Part shown: one piece after another, positions 1 through 8,363 of the stretch
Layout of the letters: every line of letters begins with the position of its first letter
How positions within the stretch are numbered: position 1 is the stretch's first letter
Position numbers and translations under genes: made by a program
The notes under the pieces: generated by a model
The model's input: the letters and a program-made list of their open reading frames with translations, nothing else
Told to the model about the DNA's origin: nothing
Databases searched by the model: none
Virus record (IMG/VR): IMGVR_UViG_3300037470_001030
Coordinates: 1-28,913 of that record
Origin: a virus
Taxonomy: Duplodnaviria > Caudoviricetes
DNA: 28,913 nucleotides
Strand: one strand, 5' to 3'

Positions 1-71
1 ATCTTTCAGGGTTTCACCCTCGAAGGGTTCTTCGATGATTAAATATACATAAGCCACTTACTAACTCCCCG

Positions 72-132
72 GCTTAACGCCTCGCATAACTGGAAATTTG
101 CGAAGCGCTACGCAGCAAATTATCCATGTTTA
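72..132 (+). other. Truncated attC-like imperfect palindrome
   Basis: GCTTAAC (RYYYAAC) at 72-78, then CATAAC-TGGA-AATTTGC ... GCAAATT-a-TCCA-t-GTTTA with single bulged bases. The GTTRRRY end is missing where the REP-like element begins. Confidence 0.4.
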
Positions 133-164
133 AATTAATCGGGGTCATAAATTAATCGGGGTCA
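131..164. repeat. 17-bp perfect tandem duplication TAAATTAATCGGGGTCA x2
   Basis: 131-147 is identical to 148-164. Confidence 0.95.
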
Positions 165-208
165 GAGACCAATTGTTGCGAATATTAGAAGAAATTGCTC
201 TCTGACCC
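159..208. repeat. REP-like 50-nt palindrome, copy 1
   Basis: GGGTCAGAGA (159-168) pairs with TCTCTGACCC (199-208); AATATTAG at 181-188. Same architecture as 26767-26816. Confidence 0.7.
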
Positions 209-224
209 TATTTTACTCCGCTTG

Positions 225-1313
225 TCAGGGGGCTTTCTTGTATTCAAGTTGATGGACTTTTTTCTCTAGCTGTCGTATCTCCTTAAACATCATACGTAGA
301 TCTTCACGCTCTTTAATATTTGCATCGGCAGCTTCTTCGTCCTCTTCATTGATTTCTTCCTCATCAGGTAATACAAAGTCTATTTCTCCACCTTTCTCTA
401 CAAAATCAACAAGCTTCCTAATAGAGCTGTCTAAAGCACTCACTTTGTCACCTTCTCCATTTCTATTGAGGCCAAGCTTTTCTATGGTAGTTTCAATTAT
501 TTTTTCGACTCCATTTTCTTTTTCACTCTGAGCTGCCTCATTCAATTTATCTTCGGCTTCGCCTAAACTCTTCTCAGCTAATTCATTAGCTAATTTCAAT
601 GCACGAACTTCTTGTGCCTTTTTCTTTATATCCAATACTTTCTCGGCAACCTTTAATGCCTCCATAATTATTCCGCTGGTGGTTTTTGCGATACCATAAA
701 CCGTAAGCAAACTGACTATTATGGAGCCTTTGCTGGCTCCAACGACACGAATATTTTCAGGAGCTTCATTGTGGGCCATAGCAATACCGCGGCCTATATC
801 CCACCAAATTTTACCCCAGTCCTTGAATTCTGTGAGATTTGAAAGATGCGCATCGCCGGTAAAATGAACACGAAGCAATACGGATTCACCGATTTCGCTT
901 ACTTCTTCGCTGTTAATTATTTTTGTTAGAAGGTCCCTGGTTTGCTGCGACCACTGTATTCCGCTGTCGATATCTTGAATTGATGCTTGCACATTAGAAG
1001 ATGCTGTAGCAGTATCAATCACATTTCTGAATAATGACTCCTCTAGCTTTTTAACGCCTTCTTCGCCAACATTGTCAGCTATACCAATAATAGACAATAT
1101 ATCCAATTGCCCTATAGATAGATCCACAAGAGGAATCATTTCTAAAGATTGAATTAGAGCATTTTTTTGTTCTTCAAATGGTTTCTGTTGTTGGTTTTGC
1201 TGAGCATTAAATTGGAGAACCTCATGAAGCTGCTGATATTTTTTAACGATCCCTTTATCAGAAATTTCACTCTGCACCCAGCTTGTAAGATCGTAAAGTT
1301 CTTCTACCTGCAT
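225..1313 (-). CDS. Hypothetical protein, 362 aa, helical with coiled-coil and acidic C-terminus
   Basis: Long AT-rich ORF; no family motif recognised. Confidence 0.85.
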   Translation of the reverse strand: MQVEELYDLTSWVQSEISDKGIVKKYQQLHEVLQFNAQQNQQQKPFEEQKNALIQSLEMIPLVDLSIGQLDILSIIGIADNVGEEGVKKLEESLFRNVIDTATASSNVQASIQDIDSGIQWSQQTRDLLTKIINSEEVSEIGESVLLRVHFTGDAHLSNLTEFKDWGKIWWDIGRGIAMAHNEAPENIRVVGASKGSIIVSLLTVYGIAKTTSGIIMEALKVAEKVLDIKKKAQEVRALKLANELAEKSLGEAEDKLNEAAQSEKENGVEKIIETTIEKLGLNRNGEGDKVSALDSSIRKLVDFVEKGGEIDFVLPDEEEINEEDEEAADANIKEREDLRMMFKEIRQLEKKVHQLEYKKAP

Positions 1314-1420
1314 AATTGAATTATCCTTTTGCCCTTAAAATTTTAATAAGTGGTGATGCTCTTTTTGCCGCATCCATGTATATGCCATTCCTTTCTCGCC
1401 CTGTTTTTTTAACATGCTTG

Positions 1421-2071
1421 TTATGATTTTTTTCGTTCACGATATTCGTTAATTTGCTTTGGTAACGTGTAAAGATATTCAAATAAGTAGTCCATGAATC
1501 CTACAATGTCCTTCGCATCTTCTGACGAGGTTGGTGGCTGATCAGGTTTTGGGTGGGCTGAGTCGTTCCCTAATTCCCGAACATTGTGCGCCCAGTCTTG
1601 CATTATTTTTGGAAGAACACCTTTATCGGCCAAATCATCAATTTCTTGCTTAAGATTATTGCCAATAGCATTTTGTTCGCGTAATGAAACCTGCAACGAG
1701 CTTCTGGCCATTAATGCTGCCGCATCCCAATTCTGATCTTTGAGATTCCTTTTGGCTTGCAGCCAATATCGCCCCACAGCTTCTGGCCAATGGTCTGGAT
1801 ATTTTTTCAGCTTGCCTATAGGCCAAGGAACAATTTTGTAATTGTGGTGATCCCGACTTGCGGACCAAAAAACCATAACGTAAGAAGCACAATTTCCACA
1901 TTTTAGCGTGTCGAAGTTGAGGACTTTGCTTCCATTCGGCTTTTTCTTTTCTGCGTGGTGCTCGACTTCGAAATTTCCACGTTCAGAACAGAATGGACAT
2001 TCAATTTGAAATGTCGCGAGTGTGTTTCCTCTAAAACCTGACCACTCTCCTAAGTCCCACCAACTATTCAT
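1421..2071 (-). CDS. Zn-ribbon plus DUF4145 (HEPN-like) domain protein
   Basis: CPFC...CGNC pairs; C-terminal AAALMARSSLQ...NLKQEIDDL...VRELGNDSAH (R-x-x-GN-x-x-x-H) is typical of DUF4145. Confidence 0.8.
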   Translation of the reverse strand: MNSWWDLGEWSGFRGNTLATFQIECPFCSERGNFEVEHHAEKKKPNGSKVLNFDTLKCGNCASYVMVFWSASRDHHNYKIVPWPIGKLKKYPDHWPEAVGRYWLQAKRNLKDQNWDAAALMARSSLQVSLREQNAIGNNLKQEIDDLADKGVLPKIMQDWAHNVRELGNDSAHPKPDQPPTSSEDAKDIVGFMDYLFEYLYTLPKQINEYRERKKS

Positions 2072-2190
2072 TAGTTATTTTCCTTATTCTCAATAAAAGT
2101 GATTTAGACATAGATGCCTGTATCTAGATATCTGTTTATATCCAGCCCTACACGGCACCAGCCAGGATTTTATCGAGCCACCTTCTTAAA

Positions 2191-3171
2191 TTAAGGCGAG
2201 ACTGTTTCCATTTTCAGGCTGGTCACCAGGCCGTTGTCGTTGAGCGTGTGGTTGATTTCAGCCACAACCCAGGCCTCATCAGTGATCGTTTTTTTCCAGC
2301 CTTCCAGCACCACTGGCGATTCAGGGATCAGATCCAGCCGCCCCACCGCCAGCGTCAAACTCATAGTCGCCGCTGAGCGGCTAATGCGCCTCCATTCGCT
2401 ATTGGCAGCACTTCGGGCTGCAGCCTCAGTGGAATAGGTCTTTCGCAGAACCTTGCACTGGCCGTCTTCACCGATAATTACCGTCCTGGCCATGGCGGTA
2501 TCCGTATCCAGCCAGCGCGCCCTGACCCCACTATATTTCAATTTCCTGCTTGCTGCCAGATAGCGGTGGCTATCGCCGTCCTCCCGCGTGAGAGTCACCG
2601 GTTCGAGACTGGCACCGCTGGCGGTATTGCTTTCGCCGCGCTGAATGAACAGCAAATATCCATTTTTCACCGTGGTCACGGCATCGTGCTCCACGCCTAA
2701 GCGGGTGAGGAAGTGCGCGTCGCTTTCGTCTGTCTGGTCCTGGTGCCGGATGGTACGGCTATCCAGCACGGCGCTGACGGCGGGCTTTAAGCTATGGACC
2801 TTGGCTATGGTAGCAATAATGCCACCCAGGGTGGTGTGGTGCCAGGCGTAGGTCTTCTGGGCCGACAGGCCGGCGCTGATGTCCGCCGACAGGGCGCGGA
2901 TGGTGATGGTATCCGGTGCGCCGCTGTGTTCTACCTCGGTCACCTTATATTCGCCCTTGTCGACCAGGTCCTCTCCCTGCCAGCCCAGCTTCAGGCGGAT
3001 GACCGCGCCGGTTTCCGGCAATGCCACCGCGTCGTCGCTGTCGTCGATGGTGATATCGAGCTGGTCGGCTTCGAAGCCGGGGGCGTCGCGCAGGCTGAGT
3101 TGTATCAGCCGGTCCTTGAAGCGATCACTGACGTCCTGGTCGTTAATGATGAGCTGGTAATCGGGGCGCAT
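2191..3171 (-). CDS. gpD: Phage late control D / baseplate hub protein
   Basis: EADQLDITIDDSD, LGWQGEDLVDKGEYKVTEVEHSGAPD, QTDESDAHFLTRL; follows gpU. Confidence 0.93.
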   Translation of the reverse strand: MRPDYQLIINDQDVSDRFKDRLIQLSLRDAPGFEADQLDITIDDSDDAVALPETGAVIRLKLGWQGEDLVDKGEYKVTEVEHSGAPDTITIRALSADISAGLSAQKTYAWHHTTLGGIIATIAKVHSLKPAVSAVLDSRTIRHQDQTDESDAHFLTRLGVEHDAVTTVKNGYLLFIQRGESNTASGASLEPVTLTREDGDSHRYLAASRKLKYSGVRARWLDTDTAMARTVIIGEDGQCKVLRKTYSTEAAARSAANSEWRRISRSAATMSLTLAVGRLDLIPESPVVLEGWKKTITDEAWVVAEINHTLNDNGLVTSLKMETVSP

Positions 3172-3596
3172 TACAGGCTGAGGCCTAAACGGGTGAGCGA
3201 GCCGAGCTGGTCGATCTTGCTGTCATCGGCGCGTTTCAGCGACAGGCTGAATTCGATCTTACGAGCCGCCCCATCCTTGAAGAAAATACTTCGGGTCTCC
3301 TCGATGCTTTCGATGAACCATAGCCCATAGATGGTGCCCTCGCCATCGATCAGCGGCCAGGCCTTGCCGGCGTCGGCCATCACGCGCAGGGCATCGATGC
3401 TGACGCGGCCACCGGTGATCTCCGGCAGCAGGGTGCCGGTCAGGGTTATGGCGTCCTCCCCCTGGCCGAGGTGCTGATACGAAGGACGCACGCCGATGCG
3501 GCTGTTGCTCGCCCAGCGCCAGTGGGTGGATCGGCGCAGCTGCTGGAAGGGTGCAGTCTTAAGCTGAAACACAAACAGTCCGAGCGTGGCCATCAT
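3171..3596 (-). CDS. gpU: P2 GpU tail protein
   Basis: MMATLGLFVF...WRWASNSRIG...G.YGLWFIESIEETRSIFFKDGAARKIEFSLSLKR. Confidence 0.95.
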   Translation of the reverse strand: MMATLGLFVFQLKTAPFQQLRRSTHWRWASNSRIGVRPSYQHLGQGEDAITLTGTLLPEITGGRVSIDALRVMADAGKAWPLIDGEGTIYGLWFIESIEETRSIFFKDGAARKIEFSLSLKRADDSKIDQLGSLTRLGLSL

Positions 3597-3602
3597 GGTT
3601 GC

Positions 3603-5666
3603 TTACTCCTCATCGTACAGGGCGGCGCGTTTACGGGCGGCTTTCTGCTGGCCCAGCTTGTCCACTTCACGGGCCACCGCTTCGGCCAGTGTCTGCTCGT
3701 TCATGCCGGGTGCAGCCGCTACGTTGATGCTGGCCTGCACCGTGGTGTTTGCCTGGGCCGATGGCGCCGCCAGTGCCGGCCCGGCCTGAATGGCGCCGGT
3801 GCTCAAGCTGGCGGCCATCACCGCCGGTAAAACACCTGGTGTTTTTTTGCTGGCCGCTTCGCCCATGCCAAGCTTGTCGCTCATCCAGTCGGGCAATAAA
3901 TCGGTGAGCCCGGTGATTTTGCTTTTTATCCAGGTCAGCTTTTCATCGATGCCAGCGCCCAGACTGCTGATGATGTTGCGACCGAACTCGGCGAACTGGT
4001 CCGGCAGCGCCGAGAAATACGCCTTGATGCCATCCCAGTGTTTGATGATTAAACCGAGCGGCGTCCAGTTGAAGAAAAAGTCACTGATCGCCTGGCCGGC
4101 GCCGATGAAAATGGTTTTCAGGCTTTCCCAGTAGGGCGCGGCCCAGGCGGTGATCTTGTCCCAGTTGGCTATCACCAGTAACGCGCCGCTGGCCAGCAGG
4201 CTGATCAGGGCAATGATGGGATGCCCCATGGCCAGCTTGCCCAGGGTGGTGAGCGTACCGATAACCGGCGCCAGCTTGACCGAGGCCACGGCGATGGCCA
4301 GGTTGCCCCAGCCGCCGACAAAATTAGCCAGCCATGAGGCGCCGCCGGCGAGGGTTTGCACCACCTCCCAGACCTTCGCACCGGCCACCGCCACCACATC
4401 GATGAAACGCATAATGTACCGGCCCGCCGTTTCCGCCCAACGCTGCAACTCACCGGATGCAGCCATGGAATTCAGCCGGGCCAGTAAGCCGCCCAGGTGA
4501 CCCTTGAGTTTTTCGAACGGGCCGGAGTTCATCACCATTACCTGGAAGCGCGTCCACTGGTCTCCCAGGTTGGACATGATGCCCGCCCAGGTCTTCGAGC
4601 GTTTTTCGCTGGCGCCGGCGTATTTCTCATCCCAAATTTTGCGCAGCACTTTCTCGATGGACTTGCGGTCATCCTTCAGCGCGGACAGGGTGCGCTGCAC
4701 GCCTTGTTTATCCGTGTAGCTGTAATTGAACAGGTCGCCGTCGGCGCTGGCCTTGATGCCGAACTCTTTTAGGCGTTCATTCTCACCGGTCACCGCATCG
4801 GCAATGGCCTCGACCGCCTGCATGATGGGCTTACCCATGGCGGATCCGGTGTCGCTTAAGGTATTGAGCAGGCCGCTGGTGGGATCCAGGCCATAGGAGC
4901 GTAAACGCACGAACGCCTGGGTCACTTCCCCCAGCTCGCTGGGTGTGTTGGCGGCGAAATCCGATACCCACTTCATGCTGGCCTGGGCTTTTGCCTGGGA
5001 GCCTTCCACGGTTTCCAGTATCGCCTGGTAACCTTCGAACTCGGCGGCGGTGTTGATCAAGGGTGAACCCACGGCAATGCCAGCCGCCAGCACGCCGCCG
5101 GCACCCCACAGGGTCGCGCTCTTCGCCTTGCTCCAGGCGGCCTGCATTTTGCTGCCTGCGGCACGGGTCAGGCTGAGCATGCGCTGCTGGCGTTGCAGGC
5201 GCTTGTTGAGGCGCTCGGTACGGCGCGACAGTTGCGACTGGGCGTTACCTAGTTTACTGGTATCGATGCCGGCGGCGCGCAGTTCATGACGCAGCTTGCC
5301 GGTTTGCTGGCGCAACGACAGATGCCGCTTTGACAGGCGGCTGACGCTGTTGCCGGCGGCGTTCATTTTCTTACGGATACTGTCGAGGTTTTTACCGGAA
5401 CGCTTCGCGGCTGCGAATTCCTGACGCAGGCCTTTGAGCTTGGCCCGTGCCTGGTCGAGTTTGGCGGCGCTGGTGTTGAGCTGGACGCCCAGTGATTTCA
5501 GGTGCTCGACCTTGCGGGCCTGCTGGTTCACCTGTTTGATGGCGTCTTTGGTATCCCGCAGGCGACTGGACAGCGCCCGGTTGACCACACCGGCTTTTTT
5601 AGCGGGGCCGGACAGTTTGTCCACCATTTTCAGCATGACGGAGAGCTGAAGATCACGCATACCCAT
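3603..5666 (-). CDS. gpT: Tail tape measure protein
   Basis: 687-aa Ala/Gly-rich helical protein between E/E' and U, with coiled-coil N-terminus and Trp-spaced repeats (LVIANWDKI, NWTPLGLIIKHWD). Confidence 0.92.
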   Translation of the reverse strand: MGMRDLQLSVMLKMVDKLSGPAKKAGVVNRALSSRLRDTKDAIKQVNQQARKVEHLKSLGVQLNTSAAKLDQARAKLKGLRQEFAAAKRSGKNLDSIRKKMNAAGNSVSRLSKRHLSLRQQTGKLRHELRAAGIDTSKLGNAQSQLSRRTERLNKRLQRQQRMLSLTRAAGSKMQAAWSKAKSATLWGAGGVLAAGIAVGSPLINTAAEFEGYQAILETVEGSQAKAQASMKWVSDFAANTPSELGEVTQAFVRLRSYGLDPTSGLLNTLSDTGSAMGKPIMQAVEAIADAVTGENERLKEFGIKASADGDLFNYSYTDKQGVQRTLSALKDDRKSIEKVLRKIWDEKYAGASEKRSKTWAGIMSNLGDQWTRFQVMVMNSGPFEKLKGHLGGLLARLNSMAASGELQRWAETAGRYIMRFIDVVAVAGAKVWEVVQTLAGGASWLANFVGGWGNLAIAVASVKLAPVIGTLTTLGKLAMGHPIIALISLLASGALLVIANWDKITAWAAPYWESLKTIFIGAGQAISDFFFNWTPLGLIIKHWDGIKAYFSALPDQFAEFGRNIISSLGAGIDEKLTWIKSKITGLTDLLPDWMSDKLGMGEAASKKTPGVLPAVMAASLSTGAIQAGPALAAPSAQANTTVQASINVAAAPGMNEQTLAEAVAREVDKLGQQKAARKRAALYDEE

Positions 5667-5667
5667 G

Positions 5668-5676
5668 TGCTATACT
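5668..5676 (+). promoter_or_regulatory. Extended -10 promoter (TGcTATACT) for the antisense small ORF
   Basis: TG at 5668-5669, TATACT at 5671-5676; ATG follows after 7 nt (5684). Confidence 0.6.
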
Positions 5677-5683
5677 GCCTGTT

Positions 5684-5824
5684 ATGGTTTATTTATATAA
5701 AGCGTTGCTCACACTTGGCTTTCTGATTGCGTTAAGCACACCCGGCATGGGTGCGCTTACCCTGACGCTGATTGTTTTCATCCTGATTGCCCTGTTCCCT
5801 AATCCTCGTCGTCCTCGGACCTAG
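5684..5824 (+). CDS. Small hydrophobic membrane peptide, 46 aa, not in the ORF track
   Basis: MVYLYKALLTLGFLIALSTPGMGALTLTLIVFILIALFPNPRRPRT*: two hydrophobic segments and a basic tail; fills the E'-T gap on the opposite strand. Confidence 0.65.
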   Translation: MVYLYKALLTLGFLIALSTPGMGALTLTLIVFILIALFPNPRRPRT

Positions 5825-5927
5825 ACCAGCGCTTCACGGCGGCCTGCCACCAGTCCATTAATTCATCCAGTTCCATTGGATCCATGACGGTCGGTGGCCA
5901 GTGAAACACCACCGCGATATCCGCCAT
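5799..5927 (-). CDS. gpE': GpE' tail assembly chaperone extension (-1 frame of gpE)
   Basis: MADIAVVFHWPPTVMDPMELDELMDWWQAAVKRWSRSEDDED*; the frame is open back to the slippery site. Confidence 0.9.
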   Translation of the reverse strand: MADIAVVFHWPPTVMDPMELDELMDWWQAAVKRWSRSEDDED

Positions 5928-5941
5928 GACATCCTCGACCC

Positions 5942-6226
5942 TTAACGGGAGTCGTTCTTGCGTTCCAAAAAACCCACGACACCCAGCGCCAGCTCGGTGA
6001 AATCCGCCGGGTCCATGTTGGCCAGGTCATCCTCGGTCAATGCCGGCTCGCTTACCCGGGGAATGATTTTGATCATGGCGCTGACGTCCATCATCAACAC
6101 GTCGGAGAGTTTGGTGCCGCGCAATTCGCCGGCGTTGGGTTTGCGCAGGTGGATCACATCGACCGTCTTGTCACCGTGCTTGATGGGTGTGTCCAGCGTG
6201 ATGCCGGGTTGCTTTTTCTGTGTCAT
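5942..6226 (-). CDS. gpE: GpE tail assembly chaperone
   Basis: ITLDTPIKHG...LRKPNAGELRG...IPRVSEPALT...MDPADF. Confidence 0.93.
   Translation of the reverse strand: MTQKKQPGITLDTPIKHGDKTVDVIHLRKPNAGELRGTKLSDVLMMDVSAMIKIIPRVSEPALTEDDLANMDPADFTELALGVVGFLERKNDSR
5966..5972 (-). other. Programmed -1 frameshift slippery site TTTTTTG
   Basis: GGT TTT TTG near the end of gpE; the -1 frame reads GTQERLPLRVEDV into MADIAVVFHW, as in P2 E/E'. Confidence 0.85.
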
Positions 6227-6239
6227 GTGTCACCTGTTC

Positions 6240-6752
6240 CTAAATGCCCAGCGCATCGCGCTGCTGTTGGAGCCGATCTTCACCGGCCACGATCTCGACC
6301 ATGTTCAGCAGGTCGATTTCTATAATGTCCTCGCCATTGAGCACGTACTTGAAATAGCTCAGTGACGCGGACAGCTTCATGGGCGCATCTTCACCCGCCT
6401 TGGCGGTGCCCAGGTCGATCTCGCGCATGCGACCGCGCATGATCACCTCGATGGCGTCGGTCTCGCTGCCGGCGCCGTCACTGACCGCCGCGCCCTTGAA
6501 GCGCATCTGCACACCGTCGGCTGAGGTCACGCCGTATTTTTCCAGCAGCTTGCGCGAGTACTCGGCCAGGGTAATTTCCGCTTCCATTTTTTCCTGCCCC
6601 ATGTCGATATCGACCGGGCCGTTCATACCGCCGGCGCGGTACTCTTCCATTTTGCGTACCAGCTTGGGCAGCACCATTTCGGTGGCCCGGCCCGCATAGC
6701 CTTCGCCTTCGATGAAGGCGTTGAAGTTTTTAAGTTTCTTAGGTAAAGCCAT
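6240..6752 (-). CDS. gpFII: Major tail tube protein FII
   Basis: MALPKKLKNFN...LPKLVRKMEEYRAGGMNGPVDIDMG...IEIDLLNM. Confidence 0.96.
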   Translation of the reverse strand: MALPKKLKNFNAFIEGEGYAGRATEMVLPKLVRKMEEYRAGGMNGPVDIDMGQEKMEAEITLAEYSRKLLEKYGVTSADGVQMRFKGAAVSDGAGSETDAIEVIMRGRMREIDLGTAKAGEDAPMKLSASLSYFKYVLNGEDIIEIDLLNMVEIVAGEDRLQQQRDALGI

Positions 6753-6779
6753 GAGCTTTTCTCCAGGGTTATCGCCAGA

Positions 6780-6810
6780 CGATACAGCAGGTATTAGCCC
6801 GGCTGTATCG
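6780..6810. other. Intergenic stem-loop between FI and FII
   Basis: CGATACAGC (6780-6788) pairs with GCTGTATCG (6802-6810); no U-tract. Confidence 0.6.
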
Positions 6811-6818
6811 AGGCAGGA

Positions 6819-8198
6819 TTACTTGACCAGCTGCACCAGGTAACTGGTGGTGATTTTCTGATAGAAGTTGAGGCTTTCCAGCGGCGGCACCGGCGTGTAG
6901 TCGTAATCGATGTGCAGCTCGCCGGCGGCCAGTGTGGTCTCGGTGTTCTTCTCCTGGTCCACCCAGGCATTGGCGTCGACGATGTAGCCGCGCGCCTTGA
7001 GCTCGCGGAACTTGGCGTTCACGCCTTCCACGATATCGTCGATCAGCGTTTTGCTCATGGGCTTATCGATGGCCCACAGGTGCGCATCGGCAATGGTGTC
7101 CGCCAGCACGTCGCCGGTACGGGTCGCCGACTCGAAGGCGAACAGCGGATCTGCGCTACAGGTGCGCGAGCCCCAGAAGCGATAGCCTTGCTCGTTGATC
7201 AGGGCGGTGACTTCGTTGGCATTGAGATAACCGGCGATGGTGTTGGGGTTCTGCAAATCCCAGGGCACGTCCTTGCTGATACCGGTGACGCCGTTCACTG
7301 GCACGTTGGACAAAGTCTTGTGCCAGCCGGTGTCATTGTCGATCTTGGCACGCACGCCCAGGGCGCGTGCGGTGGCCCAGTGTGAGGTCTCGCTATTGCT
7401 GGTTACATCGAAGCCGAGGAAGTCCGGCCAGATCACCATGGCCCGTTTGCTGCCGAAGTTATCGCGGTACAGCACTGCCGCTTCTGCGGTTTCCGATGCA
7501 TCGGCGCTGATGTAGGTGAAGGCGCGTAGCTGGTCCGCAATGCTCACCAGCTCGGTGGCCACTGCCTGGTCGTCGAGGCCTGGCGCACCCAGAATGCGCG
7601 GCTTGATGCCCAGCTTGCTCTTGGTGGTCAGCAACGCCTGCAGGCCGGTGTGGGCGCCGGTGACGCCATCGACCGCACCGATGACGTCCGCCGGCGTGAC
7701 CAGCGTGGCGTCGATGACATCGTAAAAAATAGAGAGGATTTCTCCGGCGGCAATTGCGCCGGTCGCGATACGGGTGCCCACGCCTGTTTCCAGATTGACA
7801 CTGTAATCCACGCCTTCGGCATAGGTGGTTAATCCGTCCTGTGACTCGACCACCAGGTTGCTGATGTAGGTATCCGGAAGGGTAATGGTGTCGTCCGCCT
7901 GCACCGTGTATTCGGTAGCGGCCACGGGCGCGCTATGCGTGGCGGGATCCAGCACGTTGATCGCCACCACCATGGCGCCGATCTGGTCGAAGATGGCGTC
8001 GAACACGGCCGCCGCCGTGCCGTGGCCGGAGCCGAAGGTTTGCGCCGCCTTGCTGCGAGAACCGGCAATCAACACCGGCGTGTTCACCGGACCTTTGGGT
8101 GCAGTGATAACAACACCGATGATGCCGGTGTTGACGGTTCGTATGGGTCGTGCGCCTTCTGTTACTTCGATAACCTGGACGCCGTGATGGTAGGGCAT
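6819..8198 (-). CDS. gpFI: Tail sheath protein FI
   Basis: YHHGVQVIEV, KPRILGAPGLD, GWHKTLSNVPVNGV, GYRFWGSRTCS, DYDYTPVPPLE. Confidence 0.96.
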   Translation of the reverse strand: MPYHHGVQVIEVTEGARPIRTVNTGIIGVVITAPKGPVNTPVLIAGSRSKAAQTFGSGHGTAAAVFDAIFDQIGAMVVAINVLDPATHSAPVAATEYTVQADDTITLPDTYISNLVVESQDGLTTYAEGVDYSVNLETGVGTRIATGAIAAGEILSIFYDVIDATLVTPADVIGAVDGVTGAHTGLQALLTTKSKLGIKPRILGAPGLDDQAVATELVSIADQLRAFTYISADASETAEAAVLYRDNFGSKRAMVIWPDFLGFDVTSNSETSHWATARALGVRAKIDNDTGWHKTLSNVPVNGVTGISKDVPWDLQNPNTIAGYLNANEVTALINEQGYRFWGSRTCSADPLFAFESATRTGDVLADTIADAHLWAIDKPMSKTLIDDIVEGVNAKFRELKARGYIVDANAWVDQEKNTETTLAAGELHIDYDYTPVPPLESLNFYQKITTSYLVQLVK

Positions 8199-8240
8199 GA
8201 AATTATCCTCACTGTTTGGATATAAGCATCGATGACAGCA

Positions 8241-8298
8241 AGGTTGATATAAAAGGCGATGAAGTGAGAATGGTTTTAGGTGTAAATCCTTATTTTAC
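8241..8298 (-). promoter_or_regulatory. Late promoter pF: GTAAA-N7-TTTAC (8282-8298) with -10-like CAACCT (8241-8246)
   Basis: Same palindrome and same 35-nt spacing as at pV, pP and pO. Confidence 0.75.
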
Positions 8299-8363
8299 TC
8301 GGGAGTGAATGTTTGGGAATCATTCACGTTCGTTTTTAAAGATGTCCATTAGATAATACTGGC

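Noticed and set aside
2132-2145. CTGTTTATATCCAG upstream of the DUF4145-like gene resembling a LexA box
   Set aside because: It is CTG-N8-CAG (14 bp), not the 16-bp CTG-N10-CAG.
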